From contig CAMTOS010000004.1 in assembly GCA_947074195.1 (NCBI GenBank), forward strand, positions 481 through 64,480: 64,000 nt of DNA, in the 5' to 3' direction. Positions within the stretch are counted from its first letter, which is position 1. Each line of letters starts with the position of its first letter. A program made the translations under genes and the position numbers. Shown in pieces: positions 20,388 to 30,368 of the stretch. The DNA is from an uncultured Bacteroides sp. (lineage in GTDB: Bacteria; Bacteroidota; Bacteroidia; Bacteroidales; Bacteroidaceae). The notes beneath the pieces are model-generated. The model saw only the letters and a program-made list of their open reading frames with translations. It was not told the origin of the DNA and searched no databases.

Positions 20388-21248
20388 TTATCCTAAATAG
20401 GATTTCAGTAATTTGCTACGGTTGCTCTGACGAAGTCTTCTGATGGCTTTTTCTTTAATTTGTCTTACGCGTTCACGTGTCAATCCAAATTTATCGCCAA
20501 TTTCTTCTAATGTCATTTCCTGCTGACCAATACCAAAGAACATCTGAATAATTTCTTTTTCTCTGTCTGTCAAAGTTGATAGCGCTCTGTCAATTTCGCG
20601 GGCCAGAGATTCGTTAACCAACGAGCGGTCTGCCATTGGAGAATCATCGTTTACCAATACATCAAGAAGGCTGTTATCTTCACCTTCAACGAAAGGTGCG
20701 TCTACAGAAATATGACGGCCCGATACTTTCAAAGTATCTGAAATTTTATCTACCGGAATTTCCAATTCATCGGCAAGTTCTTCTGGTGAGGGTCGGCGTT
20801 CGTTTTCCTGTTCGAACTTAGAGAAAGCCTTACTGATTTTATTCAATGATCCAACCTGGTTCAGAGGTAAGCGCACAATACGTGATTGCTCTGCCAAAGC
20901 CTGAAGGATTGATTGACGAATCCACCAAACTGCATAACTGATGAATTTGAAACCACGGGTTTCATCAAATTTCTCAGCTGCTTTAATTAATCCTAAGTTT
21001 CCTTCGTTAATTAAGTCTGGCAGGCTCAAACCCTGATTCTGGTATTGTTTAGCAACTGACACCACAAAACGCAAGTTAGCTCTCGTCAACTTCTCTAAAG
21101 CAATACGATCACCTTTGCGAATACGTTGCGCCAATTCTACTTCTTCTTCAACCGTAATCAGGTCTTCACGACCAATTTCTTGCAGATACTTATCAAGAGA
21201 TGCACTCTCTCTGTTGGTTATACTCTTAGTTATCTTTAGTTGTCTCAT
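20388..21248 (-). CDS. rpoD: Primary sigma-70 factor (short Bacteroidetes SigA lacking region 1.1)
   Basis: [55 protein letters not shown]; 286 aa. Confidence 0.95.
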   Translation of the reverse strand: MRQLKITKSITNRESASLDKYLQEIGREDLITVEEEVELAQRIRKGDRIALEKLTRANLRFVVSVAKQYQNQGLSLPDLINEGNLGLIKAAEKFDETRGFKFISYAVWWIRQSILQALAEQSRIVRLPLNQVGSLNKISKAFSKFEQENERRPSPEELADELEIPVDKISDTLKVSGRHISVDAPFVEGEDNSLLDVLVNDDSPMADRSLVNESLAREIDRALSTLTDREKEIIQMFFGIGQQEMTLEEIGDKFGLTRERVRQIKEKAIRRLRQSNRSKLLKSYLG

Positions 21249-21352
21249 TCTATAAAACAGATTTGGTGTGCAAAATTATATAAAATACCACGAGGAAGCA
21301 AACTTTTAACATTTATTTCTTCGTGTTTTCCGCAGATAATCAAACAAAGAAA

Positions 21353-21379
21353 GAGGCTGTCAAGTTGAGTGACAACCTC
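21353..21379 (-). terminator. Probable terminator of degP
   Basis: Minus strand GAGGTTGTCA / TGACAGCCTC stem followed by a T-rich tail. Confidence 0.65.
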
Positions 21380-21435
21380 CTTTTTCTATTTTGTTAGCTA
21401 TTATTTCAACTTCTTGCTGTATAAACTGTTAAAAT

Positions 21436-22971
21436 TTAATCCTGTGTTAAATCCACGGCATAATATCCACGCTTGCCCGATGGATAAACGCCCGAAAGGA
21501 ATAACACCTGATTTGGCGATTTAACAGCTGCTTTAAATACGGCTTCAAGATCTTCTACATTACGTAACGGTTGTTCGTTGGCTTTTAGTATAATAAAATC
21601 TTTACGAACACCTGCATTTGCCATTTTTCCTGTAGTTACTCCTGTTACCTGAACGCCATATCCAAGTTTAAGTTGCTTTTTCATATCTTCAGGTAAGTTT
21701 CTGTAGGCTGCACCAAGTACATCCATACCAGATTCTTTGATAATCGTAGTTGTGCCTTGTTCATTTTTAAGCGTAAGCTGAATTGTTTTTTCTTTCTTAG
21801 AACGTACCAGTTTTACAGATACTTTATCACCAGGACGATATTGGGATAGCGCTTCCTGAAGATCAGCAAAGTTTTGTACTTTCTTATCATTGATGCCGGT
21901 AATTACATCATCAACGAAGATATCTGAATCTGCAGCCGATCCGCCATCTACGATTTCGCGAACCCATACACCGCTGGTTACACCAAATTCTTTGGCTTTA
22001 TCGCGCAGAGTTGTACCCGAACGGTCGATAGCCTGCTGATCTTCCATCAGATTACCACCAAGTGATGCACCACGAATACCAAGTAAAGCACGTTGCACTG
22101 TACCGAATTCTTTCAGATCGCTCACAACTTTAGTCATAATGCTTGTCGGAATAGCAAAGCCATATCCGGCATATGCACCGGTTGGTGATGAAAGTACTGA
22201 GTTAATACCTACAAGTTCGCCTGTTGCATTTACAAGAGCACCACCACTGTTTCCGCGGTTAATAGCTGCATCGGTCTGAATAAACGATTCAACGCCGCCA
22301 TTATATACACCAAGTGTGCGGGCTTTTGCACTGACGATACCGGCAGTTACTGTAGAATTCAGATTGAAAGGATTGCCTACCGCTAATACCCATTCACCAA
22401 CCTTCAGATCATCTGAGTTGGCGATTGGAATAGTTGGAAGATCATCACTCGATTCAACTTTAATGAGGGCAAGATCCGTGCTTGGATCTGTACCTATAAT
22501 GCGTCCTTTAAACTCTCTGTTATCATTGAGTTTAACGGTAATTTCATCTGCACCTTCAATTACATGATTATTGGTTACAATATATCCATCTTTAGAAATG
22601 ATTACTCCCGAGCCAAAACCTACACGAGGTTGAGCCTGCTGTTGTCCACGGCCGCCTTGTCCGAAGAAGAACTCAAAAATGTCAGTAGGCTGCTGCATGT
22701 TTTGTTCTTTTGCCTGCTGTGTGGACTGAATATGCACCACCGCATGCAGTGAGCTTTCTGCAGCTTTGGTCAGATCTACCGGCTGGTACTGATGTGCCGC
22801 ATAGGTAGAGGCCATTATATTAGAAGAGGGATTCTGCTGAAAAACGACTTTATCCATAGATGAAGATTCGATATTCATCTGTGCTACTTTGTACGCAGTA
22901 ACACCCGCTACACCAGAGCAGACAACAACCAGTGCGCCGGCTCCAAGAAAGGTTTTTAAAGTTTGTCTCAT
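21436..22971 (-). CDS. degP: Do/DegP/HtrA serine protease with two PDZ domains
   Basis: GSGVII, VTNNHV, TDLALIK, QTDAAINRGNSGG. Confidence 0.94.
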   Translation of the reverse strand: MRQTLKTFLGAGALVVVCSGVAGVTAYKVAQMNIESSSMDKVVFQQNPSSNIMASTYAAHQYQPVDLTKAAESSLHAVVHIQSTQQAKEQNMQQPTDIFEFFFGQGGRGQQQAQPRVGFGSGVIISKDGYIVTNNHVIEGADEITVKLNDNREFKGRIIGTDPSTDLALIKVESSDDLPTIPIANSDDLKVGEWVLAVGNPFNLNSTVTAGIVSAKARTLGVYNGGVESFIQTDAAINRGNSGGALVNATGELVGINSVLSSPTGAYAGYGFAIPTSIMTKVVSDLKEFGTVQRALLGIRGASLGGNLMEDQQAIDRSGTTLRDKAKEFGVTSGVWVREIVDGGSAADSDIFVDDVITGINDKKVQNFADLQEALSQYRPGDKVSVKLVRSKKEKTIQLTLKNEQGTTTIIKESGMDVLGAAYRNLPEDMKKQLKLGYGVQVTGVTTGKMANAGVRKDFIILKANEQPLRNVEDLEAVFKAAVKSPNQVLFLSGVYPSGKRGYYAVDLTQD

Positions 22972-23242
22972 ACGATTCTTTGTATAATGATTAATGTGTT
23001 AAATACTGTGTTATAATTAACTTTATGTCGTTAATTTAAGAATAATATGAATTCATGCTAATTTCTCGCTTGGAAAATTTCTTTCTTTTAACAATGAACC
23101 CGTGAGCTTAACAGCACTTAACCCTGTATGCCTAATAATTTAGATTTCATAGCATTAAACAAGTGTTAATACATTACTATTGTCTTAAATAATGCCTGAA
23201 AAACCGATTATATAAAGGTTATAAATATACACACAGATAAAA

Positions 23243-24394
23243 CTATAATTTTTCTATCCCAATGCCTGGAAGGTCATTTAAAGTTATTTTTCCGTTAACT
23301 ACCTTCGTTCCGCTATAAAGATCGTTCGAGATTAACAGGTTGCCATCCAAATCGGCAAAGTCGACTCCAGGCGAGAGTTGTGAAGCTGCTGAAACAGCGC
23401 ATGAAGTTTCTGTCATACACCCAATCATCACCTTCATACCGAGTGCCCGGGCAAGAACCATCATTTTATATGCTTCATGCATTCCGGTGCATTTCATCAG
23501 TTTAATGTTTATCCCGGAGAATACTCCTTTCATGTCATTCACATCTTTAAGACGTTGCAATGATTCATCTGCGAAAGTAGGTAGAGGACTATGTTGAGTC
23601 AACCATGCCATATCATCAATCTGCGTTTTCGGCATGGGTTGCTCTACCATAACAATACCTTTCTCGTTCAGCCAGTGAATCATATCGAGTGCATATTCCC
23701 GGTCGGTCCAACCCTGATTTACATCCACGGCAATCGGCAGTGAACTCACCTGTCGTATGGTTTCAATCATTTCTTTGTCGTTGTCACGACCCAGTTTAAC
23801 TTTCAATACGTTAAACTGCCCGGCTGCTTCGAGTGTTTTTTCTTTCACGACTTCGGCTGTATCTATACCAATAGTAAAACTTGTCGATGGTGTATTTTGT
23901 TTGTTCAATCCCCAGATTTTATACCAGGGCACACCCATTATCTTTCCGGTCAGATCGTGTAGAGCAATGTCGACAGCCGCTTTCGCCGCATGATTTCCCG
24001 GTTCAATACCATCGACATAGGATAAAATATCTTCCATTAGAAACGGATCGTTAAATTGATCAAGATTGACCTTCCCGAGAAATTTTGTGACCGATTCAAT
24101 CGATTCTCCTAAATAAGGAGGCATCGATGCCTCGCCATAGCCCGTGATACCATCGAGTTCAATCTCAACCTGAACTGTCGGAGTAGTTTTGCGCGAAAAA
24201 GAAGCAACCGTAAAAACATGCTTCAGATCGAGTTCATATGGATAGAATTTTAATTTCATTTTCCCGCTTTTGCCGTGTTTTAAAAAAGATGCAGTATTGC
24301 TTAAAGCGCCGGCATATGTTGTTTGATGCATTAATAAACCCGAACCCGCCATGGCGAATCCAAGCGTTTTCAGAAAGTTTCGTCTGTTTTGCAT
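23243..24394 (-). CDS. L-Ala-D/L-Glu dipeptide epimerase with Tat-type signal peptide
   Basis: N-terminus NRRNFLK; KVKLG, VDVNQG, MVEQP, FADES, NIKLMK, GCMTE, DLDG. Confidence 0.9.
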   Translation of the reverse strand: MQNRRNFLKTLGFAMAGSGLLMHQTTYAGALSNTASFLKHGKSGKMKLKFYPYELDLKHVFTVASFSRKTTPTVQVEIELDGITGYGEASMPPYLGESIESVTKFLGKVNLDQFNDPFLMEDILSYVDGIEPGNHAAKAAVDIALHDLTGKIMGVPWYKIWGLNKQNTPSTSFTIGIDTAEVVKEKTLEAAGQFNVLKVKLGRDNDKEMIETIRQVSSLPIAVDVNQGWTDREYALDMIHWLNEKGIVMVEQPMPKTQIDDMAWLTQHSPLPTFADESLQRLKDVNDMKGVFSGINIKLMKCTGMHEAYKMMVLARALGMKVMIGCMTETSCAVSAASQLSPGVDFADLDGNLLISNDLYSGTKVVNGKITLNDLPGIGIEKL

Positions 24395-24411
24395 AGAAGA
24401 TGATTTAGCAA

Positions 24412-25392
24412 TTATTTTAAATAGAGTGGGTTGGTCAATGTTGTTTCAATCTGCGGGTCCTCACCGATATAAGGCAAGATTCGGCGTGCATAGAGCAAAC
24501 GATTCAGATTGAATTCATCGAAATTAGGTGCACCCTTAATCAGACTGCTGACATGCACGTTACCCTGAGAATGAATAAACTCTCCATTCCCTACATATAT
24601 TCCAACATGGCTCACACGTTCTTTTTTATCCTCTGTTGGTTTGGAGCCGAAGAAAATAAAATCTCCGGGTATAAGATTAGCACAATTGGGAGCAATTTCA
24701 ATATATTCGCCCACTTTAGACTGTGGAGTCGCATCGCGAGGGATAATCAGGTCGTGCATAAACAAAATGGTGCGTACATAACCGCTGCAGTCCACTCCTT
24801 TAGCCGAAGTTCCACCCCAAAGATAGGGTACGCCCATTAGCGTATAGGCTGTTTCCAGAATGCTTTCCGGGTCTTGCTTTAAAGATCTGCGCCAGTCGCT
24901 TTCGCGCATCGATATGCTTTGAGGAATATATGCTGTCTTTCCATCGGGGTATTCTACGATATAGAAGCCCTTCTTTTTGCCTTTCCATTTTAAACGATCA
25001 CCCGACACGATATCAGAAACAACCTGAGAGTTGACGTTTGGCTGAGAGTAAGTAAACCCATAGTGCGAGGTAACGATAACTTTCTCTGCTTTATTCCACT
25101 CGCTTAAAGTCAGACTATCGGTTGGCACTACTGCCACACGATGCACCCATCCGTTATATCCATCGGGCGTTTCAATCTGTACCCATCCATCGGTATTTAG
25201 AATTCTCACTGGTGTACCAAGTAAGGTTTGTGTTACCATTTCTGATGAGAAACTGGCCTTATCGCGCATATTGCTAACCGATAGGTTGATGATACCGAAA
25301 TTCTTATTCTGTGCCCATAAACCGGGAGCAATAAGATTAAAGATAAGAAGCAGAATCAGATGATTTCTTGTTTTAAAGGAGAGTATTTTCAT
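24412..25392 (-). CDS. SH3b + NlpC/P60 gamma-D-glutamyl peptidase (YkfC / dipeptidyl-peptidase VI-like), exported
   Basis: Signal peptide, VTQTLLG SH3b, PYLWGG...DCSG, LPRDA-like IPRDA, HVGIY...FIHS. Confidence 0.92.
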   Translation of the reverse strand: MKILSFKTRNHLILLLIFNLIAPGLWAQNKNFGIINLSVSNMRDKASFSSEMVTQTLLGTPVRILNTDGWVQIETPDGYNGWVHRVAVVPTDSLTLSEWNKAEKVIVTSHYGFTYSQPNVNSQVVSDIVSGDRLKWKGKKKGFYIVEYPDGKTAYIPQSISMRESDWRRSLKQDPESILETAYTLMGVPYLWGGTSAKGVDCSGYVRTILFMHDLIIPRDATPQSKVGEYIEIAPNCANLIPGDFIFFGSKPTEDKKERVSHVGIYVGNGEFIHSQGNVHVSSLIKGAPNFDEFNLNRLLYARRILPYIGEDPQIETTLTNPLYLK

Positions 25393-25546
25393 GTCTGGTG
25401 TTTTGTTTTATTATCAGCAAAGATAATATTTATATGGTTTTGGTCTCAAAATTCGCAATAAAAGGTCGTTTTTTCGTGATAAATCGATACAAATATCATT
25501 TTGAAATGTTATATATGGTAGCATAGGTCGATTTGAAACGATAAAG

Positions 25547-25578
25547 TTTGAATTATTGAATAAATCGTTCTACTTTTG
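25547..25578 (+). promoter_or_regulatory. sigmaA promoter of rnpB
   Basis: TTTG (25547-25550), 20 nt spacer, TACTTTTG (25571-25578). Confidence 0.8.
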
Positions 25579-25584
25579 CGTTGA

Positions 25585-25950
25585 AAAGCAGTAGGTCGGT
25601 CTGTCGCGTGTATAGCAATATACAGGAGGAAAGTCCGGGCAACTCAGAGCAACCTACTTCCTAACAGAAAGCTGTCCGCGAGGGTAGAGTAACGTAGAAG
25701 AAAATAACCGCCATTAATCCTTTGGAGAGATGGTAAGGGTGAGAAGGTGGGGTAAGAGCCTACCAGCTGTGTGGCGACATACAGGCTGTGCGTCTTAGGT
25801 GTTGTAAGGTCATGTATACCGGCGTTAAGAGAGCTGCTCGCTCCATGTCGGAGGGTAGACCGCTAAAGTAATAAGGTGACTTATTGCTCAGATAAATGAC
25901 AGGCATCCAGTTTACTGGAAACAGAACCCGGCTTACAGACCTACTGCTTT
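25585..25950 (+). ncRNA. rnpB: RNase P RNA (bacterial type A)
   Basis: Conserved GAGGAAAGTCCGGGC near the 5' end and AACAGAACCCGGCTTACAG near the 3' end. P1 helix AAAGCAGTAGGTC / GACCTACTGCTTT. Confidence 0.97.
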
Positions 25951-25990
25951 TTTTATTTCTAAGTAGATACCTTATAAACTTAGTTTTTCT

Positions 25991-27310
25991 ATGAATAAAA
26001 AGATTGCCGAGATATGGAAATTTCTTTCTTACGACATTTGGCGAATTACCGAAAATGAAGTAACGAAAAGAAAATATTCCTTATATAATGCCATTAAAAC
26101 GCTCTATCTCTGCATCAATCGTTTTATGGAATACCGCATCATGAGTAAGGCTGCCGCGCTTACTTACAGTACTCTTCTTGCAATTGTCCCTATTTTTGCC
26201 ATTCTTTTTGCCATTGCCGGTGGATTTGGTTTCACCAATCTTATGGAAGCTGAATTTTATCGTAGTTTTGGTGGCAATAACGAGACAACCGATGCTATTC
26301 TCGGATTCGTTAATTCTTATCTTTCAGAAACCAAAGGCGGCATCTTTATCGGCGTCGGTTTTGTAGCCTTACTCTGGACGGTACTTAACCTGATTAATGA
26401 TATAGAAATCGTTTTCAATCGTATATGGAACCTTAAAAAAGGACGAACCATATATCGTATGATTACAGATTATTTCTCTATGCTTTTGATTACGCCTATA
26501 CTGATTGTAATCTCAGGTGGTTTATCACTGTTTATGTCCACCAGTGTAGAGCAGATGATCAACTTCGAATTGCTTACCCCATTTCTGAAATTTCTGATTA
26601 AACTCATTCCTTTTGTGTTTACATGGTTCATGTTTACCTCACTTTACATCATCATGCCTAACACCAAGGTGAAGTTTAAATATGCACTTATTGCCGGTAT
26701 CCTTGCTGGTTCGGCGTACCAGGGGTTTCAGTATATCTATATCGGCGGACAGATCTGGGTTTCGCGCTATAATGCTATTTATGGTAGTTTTGCCGCACTT
26801 CCTCTTTTCTTATTATGGTTGCAGATTTCATGGACCATCTGCTTATTTGGTGCGTTGCTGACCTATGCCGGACAAAATGTGCGTAATTTCAGCTTTGATA
26901 CCGATACCAAGAACATTAGCCGCCGGTATAAAGACTTTATTACAGTGCTCATCATGTCGCTCATCATTAAAAAGTTTGTCAGGCAGGAACAGCCCTATAC
27001 GGCCGAGGAGCTTTCCGAAAATTATCAGATTCCTTTCCGACTTACCAAACAAGTGCTTGATATACTTATCGAAATAGGCTTTGTCAGCGAGCATACTGAC
27101 GATGTGAAGAGTGAAAAAATAGGATATCAGCCTGCATTCGATATCAACGAGATGAATGTAGCTCAGCTTTTTGAACGTATCGATACATTCGGGTCAGAAA
27201 ACTTCAAGATAGATAATGAAGATGAATTTAGCACTGAATGGAAAGTCTTGCTCGATTCGCGAAATGAATATTATGATAGAACAAGTAAAATACTACTGAA
27301 AGATTTGTAG
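25991..27310 (+). CDS. YihY / virulence factor BrkB family membrane protein with C-terminal winged-helix-like domain
   Basis: AAALTYSTLLAIVP, IEIVFNRIW, YNAIYGSFAALPLFLLWLQISW...GA; C-terminal YTAEELSENYQIPFRLTKQVLDIL. Confidence 0.9.
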   Translation: MNKKIAEIWKFLSYDIWRITENEVTKRKYSLYNAIKTLYLCINRFMEYRIMSKAAALTYSTLLAIVPIFAILFAIAGGFGFTNLMEAEFYRSFGGNNETTDAILGFVNSYLSETKGGIFIGVGFVALLWTVLNLINDIEIVFNRIWNLKKGRTIYRMITDYFSMLLITPILIVISGGLSLFMSTSVEQMINFELLTPFLKFLIKLIPFVFTWFMFTSLYIIMPNTKVKFKYALIAGILAGSAYQGFQYIYIGGQIWVSRYNAIYGSFAALPLFLLWLQISWTICLFGALLTYAGQNVRNFSFDTDTKNISRRYKDFITVLIMSLIIKKFVRQEQPYTAEELSENYQIPFRLTKQVLDILIEIGFVSEHTDDVKSEKIGYQPAFDINEMNVAQLFERIDTFGSENFKIDNEDEFSTEWKVLLDSRNEYYDRTSKILLKDL

Positions 27311-27474
27311 TAACATTCGAATTATCAATAAGATAAAGTCGTGTTTTTAGTGAGTTTAATGTCAATTATCAGCAAGCTATTGCTGATTCGCGGGCAAGCT
27401 ATAATCAACGAGCCATCCATAGCTCCTCAGTCTCCCTGGGAGCTATCACCATGAAACTCGTAAAATAGGAAGGT

Positions 27475-27918
27475 TTATTTATATTCCCGATATTCGAATT
27501 TATTGCATAGCAAAATCATCTTTTTACCACCATCAAGTATACTGATATAAAAGATCGGAGTATTCCTGTCTATGGTCAGATCGGCCATGATAATCTCTAC
27601 TTTCTTTCCACTGTTTTCATTAAAACCTTGAAATGTAAACTCTGATTCTCCGGTTTCTTGTCCCTCGCCAAGCCGGTATAATCCATAAAGCGCATCTTTC
27701 GAGTACAACCCGGTATATACCCCATCTACACAAAACGAAAGACTGAAATAAAGTCCCTTCTCTGCTTTTACAAAATCGGCAGCCGGACCATCTTTTAGCA
27801 TAGATACACTATAAATGTATTCCGAGCGGACTTTTCTTTCTTGAGCATATAGTGCAATGGAAGAGAGAAACAGAGTTATGACTATAAATGAAATTAACCT
27901 CTTCATGTATAAATGCAA
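27475..27918 (-). CDS. Secreted hypothetical protein
   Basis: Signal peptide MKRLISFIVITLFLSSIALYAQ; no family recognised. Confidence 0.7.
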   Translation of the reverse strand: MHLYMKRLISFIVITLFLSSIALYAQERKVRSEYIYSVSMLKDGPAADFVKAEKGLYFSLSFCVDGVYTGLYSKDALYGLYRLGEGQETGESEFTFQGFNENSGKKVEIIMADLTIDRNTPIFYISILDGGKKMILLCNKFEYREYK

Positions 27919-28039
27919 TTAATGGAGCCAAACAGAAGTATTTGATGTTATCTGTTTAATGTTTAACGCATTAAGTTGTTCAATGTTTATTTACTTGATT
28001 CTTTTTCTGATTTTTTGATGACAAAAACCGGATGGATAT

Positions 28040-28079
28040 AAAAAAACACCCGAATCGATGGTTTAAAACGATTCGGGTG
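28040..28079 (-). terminator. Terminator of the DUF4494-yggS-DHOD-like operon
   Basis: CACCCGAATCG / CGATTCGGGTG 11-bp stem with an A7 tract on the + strand (T tract on the - strand). Confidence 0.85.
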
Positions 28080-28093
28080 CAATTGATTTCATT

Positions 28094-29068
28094 TTATTCT
28101 CTTGAACTAAAATATTTCAGGAATTGAGTACGTTCCCACATATTCAATCCTTTTATATCTTTCGCATTGAGCTTTCCTTTAAATAAAGAAATTTTATCAT
28201 ATCCCTGTTCTTTCATCCAGAACTCAAGATAATCGAGCATCTCTTTAATGCAGGTAGGCGATTTCTGATAAACCACACTACAGATTTCCGCAGCTGAAGC
28301 TCCGGCTAAAAGAACCTTAATCAGAGCTTCTGCCGAATGTACTCCGCCTGAAGCCGCATAATCAATCTTATCTACGATAGATGATGAAATGGCTATCCAG
28401 CGAAGAGGCATATAAACATCCGAAGGGTTACTGAAAACTTCACCAGGTACATATGATACATTTTTAATATCAATATCGGGCTGATAAAAACGGTTAAATA
28501 ACACTACAGCAGCAACACCATTAGCGTAAAGCTGGTCAATCAGAGCAACCGGATTAGTCAGATTCTCTCCCAGTTTCATGATAATCGGCAATCTTGTCAC
28601 CTTCTTTACATGGTGTAATATATCGATGTGGCGTTGTTCAAACGATCCGAAGATGTAGTTTCTATCGGTTTGAATCGATAAAATATTTATCTCCAATGCA
28701 TCTGCCCCTGCTTCTTCAATCTGTTTGGCAAAATCGATCCATTCAGAATTCGTATAGCAATTGATACTTGCGATAATTGGTATATCGCACACTTTCTTAC
28801 TATCACGAATTAATTGAATATATTCCGCTAATTTATGACCGCGAACATAATCGGCCAGATAATCATTCCCTTCAGAATATTCTGAATTTCTAAGACTCTC
28901 AGCCTCCATTGAAATCTGCTCTTCGAAAAGAGATTTCAAAACGATAGCTCCGGCACCAGCCTCACACAATTTTTTATTTTTATCAGCACTATCAGTTAAA
29001 CCAGAGCTACTGATAATAATGGGATTCTTTAAATGAAGCCCTGCAAAAGTGGTTTTAAGTTCGGTCAT
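28094..29068 (-). CDS. Dihydroorotate dehydrogenase-like flavoprotein (DHOD_like)
   Basis: GLHLKNPIIISSS, GAGAIVLKSLFEEQ, IMKL, VLFNRF, ASGGVH, LAGASAAEICS. Confidence 0.88.
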   Translation of the reverse strand: MTELKTTFAGLHLKNPIIISSSGLTDSADKNKKLCEAGAGAIVLKSLFEEQISMEAESLRNSEYSEGNDYLADYVRGHKLAEYIQLIRDSKKVCDIPIIASINCYTNSEWIDFAKQIEEAGADALEINILSIQTDRNYIFGSFEQRHIDILHHVKKVTRLPIIMKLGENLTNPVALIDQLYANGVAAVVLFNRFYQPDIDIKNVSYVPGEVFSNPSDVYMPLRWIAISSSIVDKIDYAASGGVHSAEALIKVLLAGASAAEICSVVYQKSPTCIKEMLDYLEFWMKEQGYDKISLFKGKLNAKDIKGLNMWERTQFLKYFSSRE

Positions 29069-29082
29069 AATTGTAAGATTTA

Positions 29083-29754
29083 TTAGTTATAGTTTCTATG
29101 TCCAAAAATCATACTACCAATTCTTACCAGTGTACTGCCTTCGGCAACGGCAATTTCAAAATCGTCAGACATGCCGATAGAAAGTTCCTTAAAAGAATCA
29201 GCATCAGCGAAAAAATCTTTTTTAGTCTTCAGAAAAAAGTTGTGGATTTCAGAGAATTCCTTTTTAATAAGATTCTCATCATCGGTATTACTGCCCATGC
29301 CCATTAATCCGCATATCTCTATGTTTTGAAGATTCTTCCATTCGCCTGCTTTAAGCATTTCCTGACATTCATCATAGCTGAAGCCGAACTTTGTTTCTTC
29401 CTGTGCAATATGAATTTGCAAAAGGCATTTAATCTTCCGGTCAACTTTAGCAGCATATTTATTGACCTCGGCTAATAAGCGATAAGAGTCTATGCCATGA
29501 ATCAGGCTAACATAGGGAACGATATATTTTATCTTATTGGTTTGCAAATGACCAATAAAATGCCATTCGATATCTTTAGGAAGCGACTCATATTTTGCAG
29601 TCATTTCCTGAACCTTATTCTCGCCAAATATTCGCTGTCCGGCATTGTATGCTTCTTCTATCGCCTCATTGGGATGGAATTTTGAAACAGCAACCAGCTT
29701 CACACCTTCAGGTAGTTCGGCCCATATCCGTTTTAAATTCTCAGCAATACTCAT
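29083..29754 (-). CDS. yggS: PLP homeostasis protein (YggS/PROSC)
   Basis: LVAVSKF, FGENKVQE, WHFIGHLQTNK, GLMGM, LSIGMSDDF, GSTLVRIGSMIFG. Confidence 0.96.
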   Translation of the reverse strand: MSIAENLKRIWAELPEGVKLVAVSKFHPNEAIEEAYNAGQRIFGENKVQEMTAKYESLPKDIEWHFIGHLQTNKIKYIVPYVSLIHGIDSYRLLAEVNKYAAKVDRKIKCLLQIHIAQEETKFGFSYDECQEMLKAGEWKNLQNIEICGLMGMGSNTDDENLIKKEFSEIHNFFLKTKKDFFADADSFKELSIGMSDDFEIAVAEGSTLVRIGSMIFGHRNYN

Positions 29755-29763
29755 AATTCTTAT

Positions 29764-30237
29764 TTATTTTTCGCTAAACTCAGGTTTGTCGTTTGGTTCA
29801 GCGCTGTAAGGAAATACATCCATCAGCATAGTTTCAGATACCATACCAATCTGATAATCAGCCATAGTACCCTTCATGCCTTCATCAAGTTTCTTGATAG
29901 AGTCGCGCAAATCTGCTGCCTGTACCAATACCTGAGTAGAAGATTTTTTCTCAGCACCACTTTTCTCATCCAGAGTGATGAAAATAAGTTTAGCTTTAAA
30001 CCAACGATCTGCGCTGTCTTCATCACTCATGAAGAGTTCGCTATAGTTTGCACGTTTAATGTCAGATACTGTAAACTCACCAGTAATATAAGGAGTCATT
30101 TCTTCGATAATACGTGCTTCTGCTTCTGTAAAACTTAACGCATCAACTAAATAAGGTTCGGTTACTTTTTTGTTCATTCCGTTTTCCATCAATTTTTCAT
30201 AACGGATCTTGCACTCAAACCAAGTATGCATTGCCAT
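29764..30237 (-). CDS. DUF4494 family protein
   Basis: WFECKIRYEK...YLVDALSFTEAEARIIEEM pattern, duplicated module. Confidence 0.85.
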   Translation of the reverse strand: MAMHTWFECKIRYEKLMENGMNKKVTEPYLVDALSFTEAEARIIEEMTPYITGEFTVSDIKRANYSELFMSDEDSADRWFKAKLIFITLDEKSGAEKKSSTQVLVQAADLRDSIKKLDEGMKGTMADYQIGMVSETMLMDVFPYSAEPNDKPEFSEK

Positions 30238-30368
30238 AATTTCTTCTTTTATTTGTTAATCAATATGTTAGCATTATTACCCTGAAAACGGGGTAAAGAG
30301 TGTACAAAGATAAATGAAAAAAAGAAATTACCCGACGAAAGTCTTCTTAATAGTTTGCCAATAAAACA

